Assembly: GCF_000196355.1 (NCBI RefSeq)
Contig: NC_007614.1
Location: forward strand, 510,001 to 542,000
Reading direction: 5' to 3'
DNA from: Nitrosospira multiformis ATCC 25196
GTDB taxonomy: Bacteria > Pseudomonadota > Gammaproteobacteria > Burkholderiales > Nitrosomonadaceae
Length of the DNA: 32,000 bases
Position numbers and translations under genes: made by a program. Shown piece by piece: positions 29,996-32,000 of this stretch. Each line of letters starts with the position of its first letter. The stretch's first letter is position 1. The notes below the pieces were generated by a model. That model worked only from the letters and a program-made list of their open reading frames with translations, had not been told where the DNA came from and searched no databases.

Positions 29996-30159
29996 ACATT
30001 GCGGGTTCGCATGCCAATACAGTGAATATAGGGCTGGGAGGCTGCAGATCTCCACGCGAACCGGGAGGCTGGTAGCAGGGATAACGGCTATTCTAAATCT
30101 AGAAATGGGTTTAGAATGAAACATTCGAGTATTTTGACGGCGCAAGCCAAGGAGCTACT

Positions 30160-32000
30160 TTGAACAATCTCATTAAAAACATGGCCATCTGGCTGGTGAT
30201 TGCTCTTGTGCTGATGACGGTGTTCAATCAGTTCAGTACACGGCAGTCGGGGCAGGCACCGATGGAATATTCCCAGTTCATCGACGAGGTGAAGCAGGGC
30301 AGGATCGCCAAAGTAACTATAGAAGGCCGCACGCTGAAGGGTACCAAAACCGATGGCAGACGTTTTACGACGTACACGCCCTCGGACCCATGGATGGTGA
30401 GCGACCTGCTTAAGGCAGGCGTCATCATAGATGCCAAGCCGGAGGAAGAACCTTCCCTCCTGATGAATATCTTCGTTTCCTGGTTCCCCATGCTTCTGCT
30501 GATCGGGGTATGGATTTTCTTCATGCGGCAGATGCAGGGGGGGGGTCGGGGCGGCGGCGCCTTTTCGTTCGGGAAAAGCAAGGCGCGCATGCTCGACGAA
30601 TCCACTAACCAGGTGACGTTTGCCGATGTTGCAGGTTGTGAAGAAGCCAAGGAGGAGGTTTCCGAACTGGTGGAATTCCTGCGCGATCCCAGCAAGTTCC
30701 AGAAACTGGGAGGACGTATCCCGCGCGGCGTGTTGATGGTGGGAAATCCGGGTACGGGTAAGACGCTCCTGGCGCGTGCTATTGCCGGTGAAGCCAAGGT
30801 ACCCTTCTTCAGTATCTCCGGCTCCGATTTTGTGGAAATGTTTGTGGGGGTAGGTGCAGCCAGAGTGCGCGATATGTTCGAGCAAGCGAAGAAGCATGCT
30901 CCCTGCATTATTTTCATCGACGAGATCGACGCGGTCGGGCGTCAGCGTGGCGCGGGTCTCGGTGGTGGAAACGATGAACGCGAACAGACGCTCAATCAGT
31001 TGCTGGTGGAAATGGATGGTTTCGAAGGCACTGCGGGTGTGATTGTCATCGCAGCTACCAACCGTCCGGATGTGCTCGACCCTGCGCTGTTGCGTCCCGG
31101 CCGTTTCGACCGGCAGGTGACGGTGCCGCTCCCCGATATCCGTGGCCGTGAGCAGATATTGCATGTCCATATGCGCAAAGTGCCGATCGCGCCCGATGTG
31201 CATGCCGAAACCCTCGCCCGCGGAACCCCGGGGATGTCCGGAGCCGACCTCGCCAATCTGGTGAATGAGGCGGCCCTGTTTGCTGCGCGCAGCAACAAGC
31301 GGCTCGTCGACATGGAGGATTTCGAGCGGGCCAAGGACAAGATCTTCATGGGTGCAGAACGCAAATCCGTTCTGATGCCGGAGCGTGAGCGGCGCAACAC
31401 TGCCTATCATGAATCCGGGCACGCGGTGGTTGCCCAATTGCTACCCAAGACCGATCCGGTGCACAAGGTTTCCATTATCCCGCGGGGGCGGGCACTGGGT
31501 GTGACCATGCAACTGCCGACCGAAGACCGTTTCAGTATGGACCGTGAGGAAATCCTGCAGAATATTGCGGTTCTGTTCGGGGGGCGTATCGCGGAGGAAG
31601 TCTTCATGGGCCAGATGACGACTGGCGCATCCAATGATTTCGAGCGTGCGACAGAGATGGCGAGACGCATGGTCACCCAATGGGGCATGTCTGATTCGCT
31701 TGGCCCGATGGTTTATGGCGAGAACGAGGGAGAAGTGTTTCTGGGCCGTTCCGTCACAACCCACAAGAATGTCAGTGAAGCGACCATGCAGAAGGTGGAT
31801 ATAGAAATTCGCCGCATCATCGACACGCAGTACAGCCTGGCGCGCAAGCTGATCGAAGAAAACCGCGACAAGATCGAGGTTATGGCCAAAGCGTTGCTGG
31901 AATGGGAAACCATAGACGCGGAGCAAATCGGCGATATCATGGAAGGCCGTACGCCCCGGCCTCCCAAGCCAAGCAGGACTGCTCCAACGCCGCCCAAGGA
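30160..32000 (+). CDS. ftsH: ATP-dependent zinc metalloprotease FtsH, 613 codons; the 3' end lies beyond the right edge of the window
   Basis: Not in the ORF track because it has no stop in the window. Manual translation from TTG (AAGGAG 5 nt upstream) gives (M)[21 protein letters not shown]...; Walker A GNPGTGKT; Walker B IIFIDEID; [22 protein letters not shown]; zinc site HESGHAV. The long minus-strand ORFs here (30088..31437 etc.) are antisense shadows. Confidence 0.9.
   Translation, partial: MNNLIKNMAIWLVIALVLMTVFNQFSTRQSGQAPMEYSQFIDEVKQGRIAKVTIEGRTLKGTKTDGRRFTTYTPSDPWMVSDLLKAGVIIDAKPEEEPSLLMNIFVSWFPMLLLIGVWIFFMRQMQGGGRGGGAFSFGKSKARMLDESTNQVTFADVAGCEEAKEEVSELVEFLRDPSKFQKLGGRIPRGVLMVGNPGTGKTLLARAIAGEAKVPFFSISGSDFVEMFVGVGAARVRDMFEQAKKHAPCIIFIDEIDAVGRQRGAGLGGGNDEREQTLNQLLVEMDGFEGTAGVIVIAATNRPDVLDPALLRPGRFDRQVTVPLPDIRGREQILHVHMRKVPIAPDVHAETLARGTPGMSGADLANLVNEAALFAARSNKRLVDMEDFERAKDKIFMGAERKSVLMPERERRNTAYHESGHAVVAQLLPKTDPVHKVSIIPRGRALGVTMQLPTEDRFSMDREEILQNIAVLFGGRIAEEVFMGQMTTGASNDFERATEMARRMVTQWGMSDSLGPMVYGENEGEVFLGRSVTTHKNVSEATMQKVDIEIRRIIDTQYSLARKLIEENRDKIEVMAKALLEWETIDAEQIGDIMEGRTPRPPKPSRTAPTPPK

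Noticed and set aside
30088-31997. Long minus-strand ORFs (449 aa, 229 aa, 161 aa and others) at the right edge
   Set aside because: They are antisense shadows of ftsH, whose + strand translation carries Walker A/B, SRH and HEXXH motifs.

Overview
This window looks like a chromosomal segment from a betaproteobacterium. The basis is gene order only: ilvI-ilvH-ilvC, then fur / bamE-dapB-carA-carB-greA / yhbY / rlmE-ftsH. No database search was possible, so the taxon is inference.

Most of the window is housekeeping. From left to right it holds: the start of a heme-copper oxidase operon (coxB, and coxA running off the left edge); a minus-strand sugar-phosphate cluster (pssA-pgi-tkt-pgm-zwf); branched-chain amino acid genes (ilvIHC); fur; bamE; dapB; carAB; greA; yhbY; rlmE; and ftsH running off the right edge. 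I translated coxA and ftsH by hand because they are absent from the supplied ORF track. Several track ORFs are 5'-extended or use TTG/GTG, so I moved starts using RBS position and conserved N-termini.

Two accessory patches stand out.

1. About 2.2-7.9 kb holds five minus-strand genes for exported proteins. Two paralogous alpha-carbonic-anhydrase domains each carry a C-terminal PEP-CTERM sorting signal. They bracket a 530-aa beta-barrel porin (porin O/P-like) and two tandem small secreted proteins. The small proteins share an unrecognised C-terminal module ending in NIS[AV]GGAGG. The porin gene and one CA gene share the same 11-bp-spaced tandem TGTCA direct repeat upstream, which resembles a Pho-box core. 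Long perfect hairpins follow three of the genes.

2. About 16.4-17.6 kb holds a decayed IS3-family transposase fragment directly abutting a third, orphan PEP-CTERM protein gene. Both are wedged between pssA and ilvC.

No exosortase, rRNA, tRNA or CRISPR array is present in the window.
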